Shown here: positions 12,601 to 16,857 of the stretch, in pieces
Numbering within the stretch: position 1 is the first letter of the stretch
Layout: each line of letters starts with the position of its first letter
DNA from: Candidatus Omnitrophota bacterium
Lineage (GTDB): Bacteria > Omnitrophota > Gorgyraeia > Tantalellales > Tantalellaceae
Direction of reading: 5' to 3'
Length of the DNA stretch: 45,236 bases
Assembly (NCBI GenBank): GCA_043822885.1
Contig: JBDRBI010000087.1
Location: 1 to 45,236, forward strand
Translations under genes and position numbers: made by a program
The notes under the pieces: model-generated
Told to the model about the DNA's origin: nothing
Databases searched by the model: none
Seen by the model: the letters and a program-made list of their open reading frames with translations, nothing else

Positions 12601-13420
12601 TCGCGTTAAGAAGTGCTCCTTCTTCATCCAAACTGAATTCTTCTAAGACGCTTCCGTCCGCAAAAACGATCGAAATAACCTTCCCTTCCTTAATATGATA
12701 TTCAGTCCCGTCCCCTCTTTCTATTCTTAAGACATTTCCGTTCTCATACTCTATGGTCCGGCCGTTGAAATACTCAACTCTTTGCAGATCATCATTCGAC
12801 CCGTAATATAAAAATTTATCGGCCTCTTTTACTTTTATCTGTACGATCTCATTGTTATCGTTTTTTTCATATGCATATACCCTGCTTTTTCCGTCCGTAT
12901 ATTCAATATGTTCGACAAGGCCTTCGTCGTTATAAGTAAATTTTGTGCCGTCTTCATCTAATATCGAAATAAGTTTTCCTTCTAGTATTGATATTTCCTT
13001 TTTATCAGCATACGTAATGTCCGCATCCAACAAACCGCCTTCCGGATCCAAGATGATGTTTTTAATGATAGTGCCGTCAGATCTTTTTATATTTTTAAGG
13101 CTCCCGTTATCATAACTTACGATGTCACCAATTTCCGTGGTAATACAAAACTCCGTATTCTGAGGAGAGTAAGGATCTTGCTCTGAATTAAGGATGTTAA
13201 AATCTTCTATCGTTTGCTTCTGAGACATTAATGCTTCTAAAATTGTGGAAGAAGATTGAGTTTCTGATATTACTAAACCGGATATGTTTTCTATTTGTTT
13301 TGAACTTATGACTTCCAAAAGATCATCCGCGCACCAAGCGACCTGATTAAATAAAAAGATCCCGGCAACAATTACCGAGATCGATTTGAGGAATAAATTA
13401 TATTCTGATTTTTTCTTCAT
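1..13420 (-). CDS. Giant secreted multidomain surface/toxin-like protein; 3' end runs off the window (at least 4473 codons)
   Basis: I translated the reverse frame by hand (codon low coordinate = 2 mod 3). It is open from ATG 13418-13420 down to base 2, and I found no in-frame stop. An in-frame upstream stop lies at 13520-13522. The N-terminus is MKKKSEYNLFLKSISVIVAGIFLFNQVAWCADD. The sequence looks protein-like throughout. It is absent from the ORF track, presumably because no stop lies inside the window (the partial tuf is omitted in the same way). Confidence 0.85.
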   Translation of the reverse strand, partial: MKKKSEYNLFLKSISVIVAGIFLFNQVAWCADDLLEVISSKQIENISGLVISETQSSSTILEALMSQKQTIEDFNILNSEQDPYSPQNTEFCITTEIGDIVSYDNGSLKNIKRSDGTIIKNIILDPEGGLLDADITYADKKEISILEGKLISILDEDGTKFTYNDEGLVEHIEYTDGKSRVYAYEKNDNNEIVQIKVKEADKFLYYGSNDDLQRVEYFNGRTIEYENGNVLRIERGDGTEYHIKEGKVISIVFADGSVLEEFSLDEEGALLNAIIIRPGSAAERIKYSKDTAGGKVIIETADRKYIYNEYWDLIKCYRGDNVYDYIYAEDREHIKTVLTQLDGTIKELDAKGRLRSYSNLEGTYDRYDYDLTQEGALKVIKREIYDGYRVYQRYYGSENIDREETPYLKTIYNLDANDDKEAFAANGASYYKRGEKYIDISISLNDDLSTIKYCNYNYVTDVYDQKSEKIDIAIKSGADYVTEYIWTDENVGIYIYEASLERPDVATFVIEDNEWDPKFFSSGNNAEVKVDEASSGTYMANKSVCGSFQDTLHGSAIYEAEFYLDSVAQNKVFYSRLTGGTKEISYALSFSYDNGTSSVELYSYDNDGKAEIRDIPFEMNIEEDTPYVMEMINEDDTVTVYLYEKGKERTSPIYAFENIHMQPQIYTGVSGGDVIVNAWDNLEYYEYGKVTGDVLKCGRNDGDETIIYEHDPSGGLLYKIITLPEGTIKVYNSDDRLIKEERLGGEITLYEYGEEGNVDSIYPNFPEGTVLSFYESGLFEERIEKAVFPDGDIAHYAYEITDEDNLRIYKRRLYDATNLYQGFYGTTFIEPASNPSLETTFLLDPDKTYASFYAGAEYYNGGDKNVGVSLSISDKNPYLAYYNYDQSTGESEYDSRYLDITIDKGKEYKLEYIWKDQDVEIYLYKTVDARPDEPIYVIHDAEWDPKFSVSGSNANVALSEPAITSFRDIQSISTDYACPLKKDPIYRTEFNFDNNNTAKNLYYTIGNTSNTKYESLYTRYYGGKMEMVYDTYDYTTGKNTSEKKPLDIELAPGKSYIIECVLENNEIRIYCYEKGLSPGEPIYVLEDANWAPRVYANIYGGNIKTEVYDNLEVYEYNTKAGLLLDNDIPAEMRTQDFVISSDNADLLPKNSDDPDLLKYSDISSDISSDLTGTYTVLEKAKTIPIVLNIPGPSESIEVSDIKNNIKDTLEKIGTVKITPDNIYIHEKPDGSLRSYQYLGESYILNTSLDSNGLFTSYTYTENGEYTGKIRVYANGEIYKYGPQDKLIKNYVPNTGSEINKYYHYDDFENHLSFEQDVVDTWFEGASYTYSDSGRLHLKTLSDGTVYEYSDTEEGTLLKETDPGGKYKIFENYYAGTSQARHIKEYSAGNVPEATYEYDAGGILLNKTDHLQGTTYTYHNNGEKRSVRDPYGNWIEYDDKGLLLWHITPDEVYAEYLYDDNENMIEIYKYLTDGCIEITSADGVLLYSYDPALIGHGIKYDTSGISVTNSRGDKIYYQDGAISGITLAGTDIVLSDIEPDGSGGIKNAVMKYPDGALGVIYNGKMLQIILADGTVKRFREGSLVSEYHRASGITVFEYIRDLFGNILFIRITNGETVCTYDQYGTPIKFIKADKSITEFENGYLKRFISADGEEYRYELKKDQDMTISELVSQEGLEVDENIPFKVYYGENKRITKVLNSKGENAIYENDLIRSVYGGSNSTEYDYLFNETGNLQKVEVARSGITRIYNNMGELESLHLDDETSIIYENGGLKEIERSDGTKIREITFSESGDISNAVISAPDGSMTLYNDGEILRTINNKGDIVEYSDGKIEQMTLNDGSVYDWFYEDGMVKINDHNKNEYRWYLEGRLKKVRELTGAEITIGYDYDAEGRLSETKMYADEDVLYLYTYSYEADLTLVHDEDGNVQAYDKNKKLIYLIDPKKRKYTYTYVNEGTGFMEILMPDLSEVKYDNAGNIIEITRPDGIIVKEITFSDDNTPQDLKYVHEGTAYIVGPGKIKETIASDGTLTKYDAAGFVESVISPQGVIETYEYVIEDEHFISGKDLAGAFSFNGVDIKDSSVFLEEPFDYGTGSDGDLIVSSGETVLIDGAKEYSSIYVAEGGILSVNGWDGTKGGEIILNCTGLVRIDGIIEAAGKGYGGGVNNPSTGRNYGANPAGESYTGLGSEGPTPNYGGGGGASDGQSYQPDAPGGGGGGGGSYGTEGANGSPERYRGRGLQGYSGDTYGAKEPDKLYLGSGGGAGGDHSLMRNSGGNGGAGGGAIYIAAPEIIINGTISANGGNGTNGGDGAGGGGGGSGGTVWLRGKEINITGTNAIMVKGGAQGNGSSTGGDGGEGGYGRVRIDYVEFEGDLPDIPTLYAAEKDVTLQGELISDIIETDADTYEALYWSEELSEGTDIVFYTRTGDTPEPDQAWSAWSGPLTDPAGSAITSSGNKYIQYKAVLSTTNKLISPKIFFGGTNGINVTYKRTPQDTSDIDNIFSITASSGGDISVYDNNVDALPFVFNYTRLNKIISDIAGCILNETQRLVYLRDNVVISELKEIEDMEGTVTTYVQGEIAKIQFAEGGFIDNIILNEDGVEIFDHTSAGETYTLRNGAIEKILTSGGTGFEYDELGFVRSITQDDGRINTYEYIIEEAYSEVSLNGLLVQDETLIKKDTCAFLETPFDYGTGSDGDLIVSSGETIFIDGVKQYSSIYVAEGGVLSVYGWDGATGGEMILNCTGQVKIDGIIEAAGKGFRGGANNPSNSRNYGANGSGESYTGIGGETSSPNFGGGGGAYDGQNHQPDAPSGGGGGGGSYGTKGTNGSPEKYRGYNLQGYAGYTYGQDELDEMYMGSGGGAGGDHSLMHTSGGNGGNGGGVIYISAPEIIINGKISASGEPGENAHGDGSGGGGGGSGGTIWLRGAEIEISEKGNITAEGGARGIGASPGGNGGNGGYGRVRIDYVYLEGDLPDIPTLYTGKIERKIEGELVSEAIETNASAYGTLAWSENLPEGTDIVFYTRTGDTPEPDSAWSVWSGPLTDPAGSKITSAKGKFIQYKAVLSTNDPTVSPTLITNTADNITITYASKPKDRQDIGNVDLIKVTTGKNTVTYDALGVNIDNNDDLIDLSALTLDTNIFAELVEEIPSHLLSGSQKIITVYDKASDMPVQTVAADHSVTYFDGAYVTHVKDKTGTLLVEYTYDENKNLLKTEFTEAREKLEEAYQGAIHEIAVNEDTALAELERSELEAGENIALKVRDIQAQIDSERQRLQKEKNRYDPGVYDLSEFDRVLRELDEYEIDLYAQEKEAYEDLEKQVAEARIKIAGDAEQAMLDLVENDYNVILGDIVQKESSPVTYAYYRSVLGRDPGEEELKYWLEKAKQDHVTIDPDEIIAYIKGLDEFAEREMWKENIIAEVTSFFDEYLASDDFQKETMLSSLGLTSGDVKTSGLDQENINSILTWLSGQSLHFGDSAFKTIIELFKNKETTKTFDEIGSACVKIDILTGIINKNTEGDLVISMYAMKRTAEKNGLTLYSEKIDFDELKAQYASGKDVILHINGKHYVVLKEINEEDGTVTYKDLSVGRDGQDITISRVEFMEEWKGHVLSESRIVNESDTNYKYLNASQEKNIRGAGWWEKFWKGIVSFFQKIIAPIATILLFIPGGQPIGLALLGLNAVIQTVSFVARTGSLLDMAFAVGGFLATSLMPVISETCGSIFSNIGDGIFASIKGAFTNAIPIFGSIGEVVSNISTGIGNVFSNILGAELGQAVTTYAISTAVDIGTNSIFTSIGLDPSLSNIASSLLTGLTIGSLDPDIDAVTSMLRSGTIAGVQEIGKAADLDPRITQLAAISAGALVGGLMEIDGKTHKGEDLFRDITINIASETAYIGVQEMAQVLGISPQLSYLVGIGIRSSLNATFDNNVNTTWFDGAMMGISQGVTSVAFNYAVDELDLDPLLANIGFSAIAGAIEASLSTDFQTRETGLFEKMFEIYKDNALTFLGANIKPDDYWGQAAYEANIMNFSDIIQEQGLETALNTYATSFFNSTAVNSMVKIEGSIGKYLNEKYSKGETNSVTLDNGETVEGVEVEGSETIVLFDAEGNVVGIKDPDKLVYGDLAVDTQGNMGLLNGYFTEKYGSLEIYMLIEDGRLTYSEIKDSVTEEIYYNVIPRDGGYFYYTPDAGYQNVDIIDHIYGQQYSFIDWILEDYTFTGNTIEIEEDGVVWSVSSSGDINFVIENADMASEAAQVFTTLDQEQLEQAITSIMLFGGGFGNDNSEGKLPTIMNLFISDLIADEVINSTSAFGISSYEDTDNFLGLYNNCISWTLDAVKDDYDSITNEMSAKLNDFWHSLTPEQQEGEVSYFMHSGHFRPSIEALDQNLDIGVDTLIVYEGPFIGEQVIQNENVSRVINVYGTEPAFDITDFMKVVEMGPIGAALSLLNMKDAPVPFLGPVEFTGINSKGESFNIENFNFEIIGARHSDFSYNS
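1530..2555 (-). other. Hydrophobic Gly/Ser/Ile-rich region of about 340 aa with predicted TM helices and LDP-initiated helical repeats
   Basis: GAGWWEKFWKGIVSFFQKIIAPIATILLFIPGGQPIGLALLGLNAVIQTVSFV...LLDMAFAVGGFLATSLMPVI...GSIFSNIGDGIFASIKGAFTNAIPIFGSIGEVVSNISTGIGNVFSNILG. Repeats then follow, each starting LDP or ISP: GLDPSLSNIASSLLTGLTIGS / LDPDIDAVTSMLRSGTIAGV / LDPRITQLAAISAGALVGGL / ISPQLSYLVGIGI / LDPLLANIGFSAIAGAIEA. Confidence 0.55.
2620..3080 (-). other. Peptidase C39-like (papain-fold) domain, apparently lacking the catalytic Cys
   Basis: LSGQSLHFGDSAFKTIIELF...ISMYAMKRTAEKNGLTLYSEKIDFDELKAQYASGKDVILHINGKHYVVLKEINEEDGTVTYKDLSVG...ISRVEFMEEWKGHVL follows the C39 layout: Q, then nucleophile helix, ..., H-[FY]-V-V-L, ..., D, ..., W-x-G. 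The position normally occupied by D-C-G reads G-D-S-A here. Confidence 0.45.
3222..3392 (-). other. DUF4214-like motif in the giant protein
   Basis: YAYYRSVLGRDPGEEELKYWLEKAKQ...EIIAYIKGLDEFAERE resembles the DUF4214 signature (lYr-x-iLgRepD-x-x-G-x-x-yW ... S-x-EF). Recognised by eye only. Confidence 0.45.
3430..3805 (-). other. Coiled-coil-like segment of the giant protein
   Basis: A charged region of about 120 aa with heptad-like character: EAREKLEEAYQGAIHEIAVNEDTALAELERSELEAGENIALKVRDIQAQIDSERQRLQKEKN...YAQEKEAYEDLEKQVAEARIKIAGDAEQAMLDLVEN. Confidence 0.5.
4190..5390 (-). repeat. Intragenic tandem duplication, unit B core: glycine-rich region (about 4500-5390) plus beta-sandwich-like domain (about 4190-4499)
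   Basis: Collinear with unit A: PFDYGTGSDGDLIVSSGETIFIDG...GGGGGGGSYG...GSGGGAGGDHS...GGNGGNGGGVIYISAPEIIINGKISASG...GGGGGGSGGTIWLRG...GGNGGNGGYGRVRIDY...GTDIVFYTRTGDTPEPDSAWSVWSGPLTDPAGSKITSAKGKFIQYKAVLST. The plus-strand track ORFs 4191-4382 and 5988-6173 end in near-identical peptides, which independently shows the DNA repeat. Confidence 0.8.
5985..7180 (-). repeat. Intragenic tandem duplication, unit A core: glycine-rich solenoid-like region (about 6290-7180) plus beta-sandwich-like domain (about 5985-6289)
   Basis: Protein: PFDYGTGSDGDLIVSSGETVLIDG...IIEAAGKGYGGG...GGGGGGGGSYG...LGSGGGAGGDHS...GGNGGAGGGAIYIAAPEIIINGTISANGGNG...GGGGGGSGGTVWLRG...GGDGGEGGYGRVRIDY. This is followed by ...GTDIVFYTRTGDTPEPDQAWSAWSGPLTDPAGSAITSSGNKYIQYKAVLST. 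The offset to unit B is about 1788-1791 bp. Confidence 0.8.
7290..10072 (-). repeat. Degenerate YD/RHS-like beta-hairpin repeat region of the giant protein (similar blocks at 12256-13240, 10969-11357, 5391-5984, 3806-4189)
   Basis: Recurrent approx 20-aa units with a Y-x-Y-D-x-x-G-x-L signature, e.g. TYEYDAGGILLNKTD, RDPYGNWIEYDDKGLLL, IGYDYDAEGRLSETKMY, VEYTYDENKNLLKTEF. I saw no canonical Rhs core PxxxxDPxGL motif. Confidence 0.5.
10073..10968 (-). repeat. Bipartite beta-rich module, copy 2
   Basis: See copy 1. Each copy has two sub-domains, each ending in a (I/V)Y(L/I/C)YE-like strand followed by P-x-Y-x-x-E/D-x-x-W. Confidence 0.7.
11358..12255 (-). repeat. Bipartite beta-rich module, copy 1 (about 300 aa) in the giant protein
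   Basis: Aligns along its length with copy 2. Examples: YQRYYGS/YQGFYGT; GASYYKRGEKYIDISISL/GAEYYNGGDKNVGVSLSI; EYIWTDENVGIYIYEASLERPDVATFVIEDNEWDPKFFSSG/EYIWKDQDVEIYLYKTVDARPDEPIYVIHDAEWDPKFSVSG; and the ends DNLEYYEY/DNLEVYEY. Confidence 0.7.
13328..13420 (-). other. Predicted N-terminal signal peptide of the giant protein
   Basis: MKKK charged n-region, hydrophobic ISVIVAGIFLF core, then small residues VAWCA before DD. There is no clear lipobox. Confidence 0.6.
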
Positions 13421-13475
13421 CTTACGCCTCGCTTTTTTTAAAGCAACTAGAAGAAACCCTTTTTTACAATGTCTT

Positions 13476-13504
13476 AAAATAACATAATTTTCCTTTTTTG
13501 TCAA
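13476..13504 (-). promoter_or_regulatory. Sigma70-like promoter with extended -10 for the giant gene
   Basis: The minus strand reads TTGACA (13499-13504), a 17 nt spacer ending in TGT, then TATTTT (13476-13481). This sits about 55 nt upstream of the ATG. A weak GAGG lies 7-8 nt before the start. Confidence 0.5.
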
Positions 13505-13626
13505 TATTTTTTTATCTTTTCACAAAAAGCCAGTTGCTTACACTCTCCCCCCTGAGACACCAGGCTTAACCTGGTTAGATTCTGCCAGGTTAGAATTGTA
13601 TTCGTTTTTATCTTTTGGTAGTTTAA

Positions 13627-14121
13627 CTAGTGGGTGGAGATTAGGAGTTCTTTGCCGGCTAGGCTTAGAGTTAGGACTATACCTCCGGCTAATAGTACGC
13701 CTATCAGGATCGCGCAGAAGGCGTACCGGAAACGCATTTTAAATAGGGTTGCGGCTACGCAGCCGGTCCAGGCACCGGTTATGGGTAGAGGCACGGCAAC
13801 GAAGAGTATAAGGCCCAGAAATTCGAATTTTTCTACCAAAGCGGCCTTCCTTTTTGTTCTTTCAAAAAGCCAATTGAAGAATTTCTCAAAAATGGGGATA
13901 TGTCTTAATTTCTCGGAAACGGGTTGTAAAAAAAATAAGATCGGGATCACGGGTATCAAGTTCCCCGCTACCGCCAAAAGATATGACTTTAAGGGGCCGA
14001 ATCCCATGGCGACGGCTAAAGGTATCGCTCCTCTCAGTTCCGAAACGGGAAGCGCGGAAAGAATAACTACCGCCGCTTCCTTGTTAAGAGAGACCAGACT
14101 ATCGGTTATTGTTTCCAGCAT
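13627..14121 (-). CDS. Small multi-pass membrane protein, COG2426 / small multidrug export-like family
   Basis: 164 aa with 4-5 hydrophobic helices. Motifs SELRGAIPLA and PLPITGAWTG are typical of the putative small multidrug export family. It starts 1 nt after the stop of the upstream GT2 gene. Confidence 0.55.
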   Translation of the reverse strand: MLETITDSLVSLNKEAAVVILSALPVSELRGAIPLAVAMGFGPLKSYLLAVAGNLIPVIPILFFLQPVSEKLRHIPIFEKFFNWLFERTKRKAALVEKFEFLGLILFVAVPLPITGAWTGCVAATLFKMRFRYAFCAILIGVLLAGGIVLTLSLAGKELLISTH

Positions 14122-14122
14122 A

Positions 14123-14815
14123 TTACCTCTTGTTCAGATAATGTTTCAGTATCAATTTTAAGAATTTCAAAGTATCTCTGATGGGCTTGATCTTGGATAT
14201 CTCTTCTCCGTATACGGTTTGTACCGGAACGGATTTTATTATCATTTTCTTGTCGGCGGCTCTCATAAGAAGTTCCGAATCAATGTCATATTTTTTTGAT
14301 GTCAGCTCAAGTTTTTCCAGTGAACTTACTTTTATTATTCTATATCCGCACTGGGTATCAGGGATATATTGCCTGCATATCCCCGAGATAACCCATGACA
14401 TAAATCTGTTCGTCAAATACCTTGTGGGCGGCATGGGCCCGGAATCTATCATCCTGTTCCCGATAATTATGTCCGGCTCTATGTCCTCACCCCGTGTCGC
14501 TTCCATCAGGACCGGGATATCTTCAGTAAGATGCTGCCCGTCGGCATCCATCATTATCATCCATTTGAAGGTGGTCTTCTTCAATACATATTTGATACCT
14601 TCTCTTATGGAAAAACCTTTGCCGAAATTCTTGCGGTTACGCATGATCATGGCTCCCGAGTCAAGGGCTATGCGCTCGGTATTATCGGTAGAACCGTCAT
14701 CCACCACAAGAACGCTTACTCCGGTTCTTACGATATCCCTAACGATAGTTCCGATAGTACGGGCTTCATTATATGAGGGAATAACTACTATTGTATTGTC
14801 TGTTCTGGCAGCCAT
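14123..14815 (-). CDS. Family 2 glycosyltransferase, polyprenyl-phosphate sugar synthase-like (DPM1/GtrB/ArnC type)
   Basis: VVIPSYNEARTIG, VLVVDDGSTDNT, NFGKGFSIREG and MDADGQH are classic GT-A/GT2 motifs. At 230 aa it has no C-terminal TM segment. Confidence 0.8.
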   Translation of the reverse strand: MAARTDNTIVVIPSYNEARTIGTIVRDIVRTGVSVLVVDDGSTDNTERIALDSGAMIMRNRKNFGKGFSIREGIKYVLKKTTFKWMIMMDADGQHLTEDIPVLMEATRGEDIEPDIIIGNRMIDSGPMPPTRYLTNRFMSWVISGICRQYIPDTQCGYRIIKVSSLEKLELTSKKYDIDSELLMRAADKKMIIKSVPVQTVYGEEISKIKPIRDTLKFLKLILKHYLNKR

Positions 14816-15666
14816 AATCTCCTAAAAACGTACCATTGCTCAGGGTTCTCTTTTATGTATTTTTCAGCTATTCTCAAATACATACCCATGAGAGCTTCTT
14901 CATCTTTCTTATCGTCCCCCGTAGGTTCATAATATATCGGCTTCTCTAAACACATGTCATATGTATTGTCTTTCTTTCTTATCAGACAGCAAAATACTAT
15001 AGGCGCTCCCGTGCGCAGGGAAAGTGTCGCGGGCCCTCTGGGTATAATCGCTTTTTTACCGAAAAAAGTTACGGGAATACCGTTATTGGTATAATCCTTG
15101 TCCCCTACTACGCCTACGAACTCGTTATTCTTTATGGACCCGAAACATTCCCTTATTCTGGAACCTATCGGTATCGGTGTCATATGATTGGATAGCCTCT
15201 GCCGGTTAAAAAAATCGTCCACCCTTTTATCTTTATGTTCCAGGACTATAGCGCTTATAGGATATCCTAAAGTGCCCATAACGGCGCCTCCAAGCTCCCA
15301 GTTGCCGAAATGCAGCGCTACAATGACCGCGCCTTTACCTCCCGCTATACATTCATCCAGAAAATTCTGTCCCTTTAAATGGACGTTTTTATCTATATAT
15401 TCTTTTGTTATCTTTTGGAATCTAAAAAAATCGACAAGATATTTAGCGAAATTTCTGAATATTTCAAGTACGTATTTGTTCAGTATTTTTTTATCTGTTT
15501 CCGCGCCCAGAACTACCTTCAGGTTTTCTTTGAGCTCTATTTTGTCACGGGAAGCAAAGATATAAAAGAAACGCGCCGCTATCCCGGCTATCATGTAGCA
15601 GCCTTTTAACGGCAGACGTCTCGCTATGAATATTATTGTTTTGTAGACGTAATACATCATGTTCAA
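14788..15666 (-). CDS. LpxL/HtrB/PatA-family lipid acyltransferase (lysophospholipid / lipid A-type acyltransferase)
   Basis: N-terminal TM helix, the HFGNWELGG catalytic H-x4-E/D-like motif, and a C-terminal ENPEQWYVFRRLW. Its 3' end overlaps the GT2 start by 28 nt. Confidence 0.7.
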   Translation of the reverse strand: MNMMYYVYKTIIFIARRLPLKGCYMIAGIAARFFYIFASRDKIELKENLKVVLGAETDKKILNKYVLEIFRNFAKYLVDFFRFQKITKEYIDKNVHLKGQNFLDECIAGGKGAVIVALHFGNWELGGAVMGTLGYPISAIVLEHKDKRVDDFFNRQRLSNHMTPIPIGSRIRECFGSIKNNEFVGVVGDKDYTNNGIPVTFFGKKAIIPRGPATLSLRTGAPIVFCCLIRKKDNTYDMCLEKPIYYEPTGDDKKDEEALMGMYLRIAEKYIKENPEQWYVFRRLWLPEQTIQ

Positions 15667-16784
15667 TCTGTCTTTTCAAAGGCAAGCCGGGCTATATTGA
15701 GCGCGCTCGAAGTTTTGGCAAGCTGTTCCGTCTTTTTTTTCATTATCTTAAGAAATTCACGGTCATCGAATAAGCGATCAAGGTCTTTATAAAGATCCTT
15801 TTGCTCCTTTATTTCTATTGCCGCCCCTTTTGAGACCAGATAATCCGTATTCATGCGTTCATGACCGGGAATAGGGCTTACGATTATCATGGGAAGGTTC
15901 TTTTCCAGCGCTTCGGCTACGGTCAGACCGCCCGCTTTGGTAACAATGACATCCGACACTTCCATAATTTCATCTACATTATCCGCAAAAGGCAGGACTT
16001 TTATGGTCCCTCCGGGTTTTCTTTTTTCTATTTTCCTGAGTTTTGAATATAATTTTTTATTGGATCCGGTTACTACGATCAGCTGATAAAAATGTTTATC
16101 TTCGGACAACATAAGCTTTACGGATTCTTCTATTTCGCCCAGACCTTGATTCCCTCCCATTATAAATATAACGGGATGATCTTCGGTCAAGCCCATTTCT
16201 TTTTTTAAAGAAGCTTTATCTTTTTTAACCTCGAATTTAGGATCTACGGGTATGCCGTAGACTTTCACCTTACTTTCTTTAACGCCTTTATTGATAAGCA
16301 CCTGTTTTGTCTCTTCGGAAGGTGTTACGTAAAAATTTACTTCGTCAAAGAGCCAATATGAATGAGGCGCGTAATCCGTTAAGACCCCTACAAGAGAGAG
16401 AGTTTTTCCCGATATTCTTTTGTAATCGGCCACCATACCGCAGGGAAAGGCCTGGGTACAGAAGATGGTATCCGGAGAAAATTTCTCAAGAAGCTTCTTC
16501 ATCTTTTCCTCATTGAATTTGTGAAGCGTTTTCCTCGCTTTCTCCGTTCTTTTCATCACTTCGGGATTATCGTATATATTTCCCCAAAATTCAGGTTTTA
16601 TCTTGATCACTTCAAGATAAGCCCTGTTGATGATCCTCCCCAATATGGGATTAGTATATTCAAGCGCGTTTATTTTTTCTACCTGGATATCATCGGATAT
16701 GCTCAACAAACCTTTTTCTATGGCATTAGCCGCGTGAAAATGACCGGAAAGTTTTGATATGTAGAAGATAATTACTTTTTTCAT
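15663..16784 (-). CDS. MGDG-synthase-like / UgtP-like diacylglycerol glycosyltransferase (GT28 family)
   Basis: N-terminal ISKLSGHFHAANAI (GGH-like motif of the MGDG synthase N-domain) and a C-terminal GT-B domain (FIMGGNQGLG...VTKAGGLTVAEAL). There is a 4-nt ATGA overlap with the next gene. Confidence 0.7.
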   Translation of the reverse strand: MKKVIIFYISKLSGHFHAANAIEKGLLSISDDIQVEKINALEYTNPILGRIINRAYLEVIKIKPEFWGNIYDNPEVMKRTEKARKTLHKFNEEKMKKLLEKFSPDTIFCTQAFPCGMVADYKRISGKTLSLVGVLTDYAPHSYWLFDEVNFYVTPSEETKQVLINKGVKESKVKVYGIPVDPKFEVKKDKASLKKEMGLTEDHPVIFIMGGNQGLGEIEESVKLMLSEDKHFYQLIVVTGSNKKLYSKLRKIEKRKPGGTIKVLPFADNVDEIMEVSDVIVTKAGGLTVAEALEKNLPMIIVSPIPGHERMNTDYLVSKGAAIEIKEQKDLYKDLDRLFDDREFLKIMKKKTEQLAKTSSALNIARLAFEKTD

Positions 16785-16857
16785 AGGATCACTTCGTGCC
16801 GCGCTCTTCGCAATTACGGTTTATAAGGGCGCGCCCCTACACAATGATGGAGTGAGG

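Noticed and set aside
60-12646. About 25 plus-strand ORFs of 60-207 aa listed in the track across 1-13420 (e.g. 1968-2591, 3290-3744, 7409-7915, 9172-9564, 11291-11620).
   Set aside because: All lie antisense to, or out of frame with, the continuous reverse-strand giant ORF. Their translations are low-complexity or compositionally odd, with no recognisable motifs, RBS or starts.
13634-14825. Plus-strand ORFs 13634-14161 (175 aa) and 14181-14825 (214 aa).
   Set aside because: They are antisense to the well-supported membrane protein and GT2 genes, and contain no recognisable domains.
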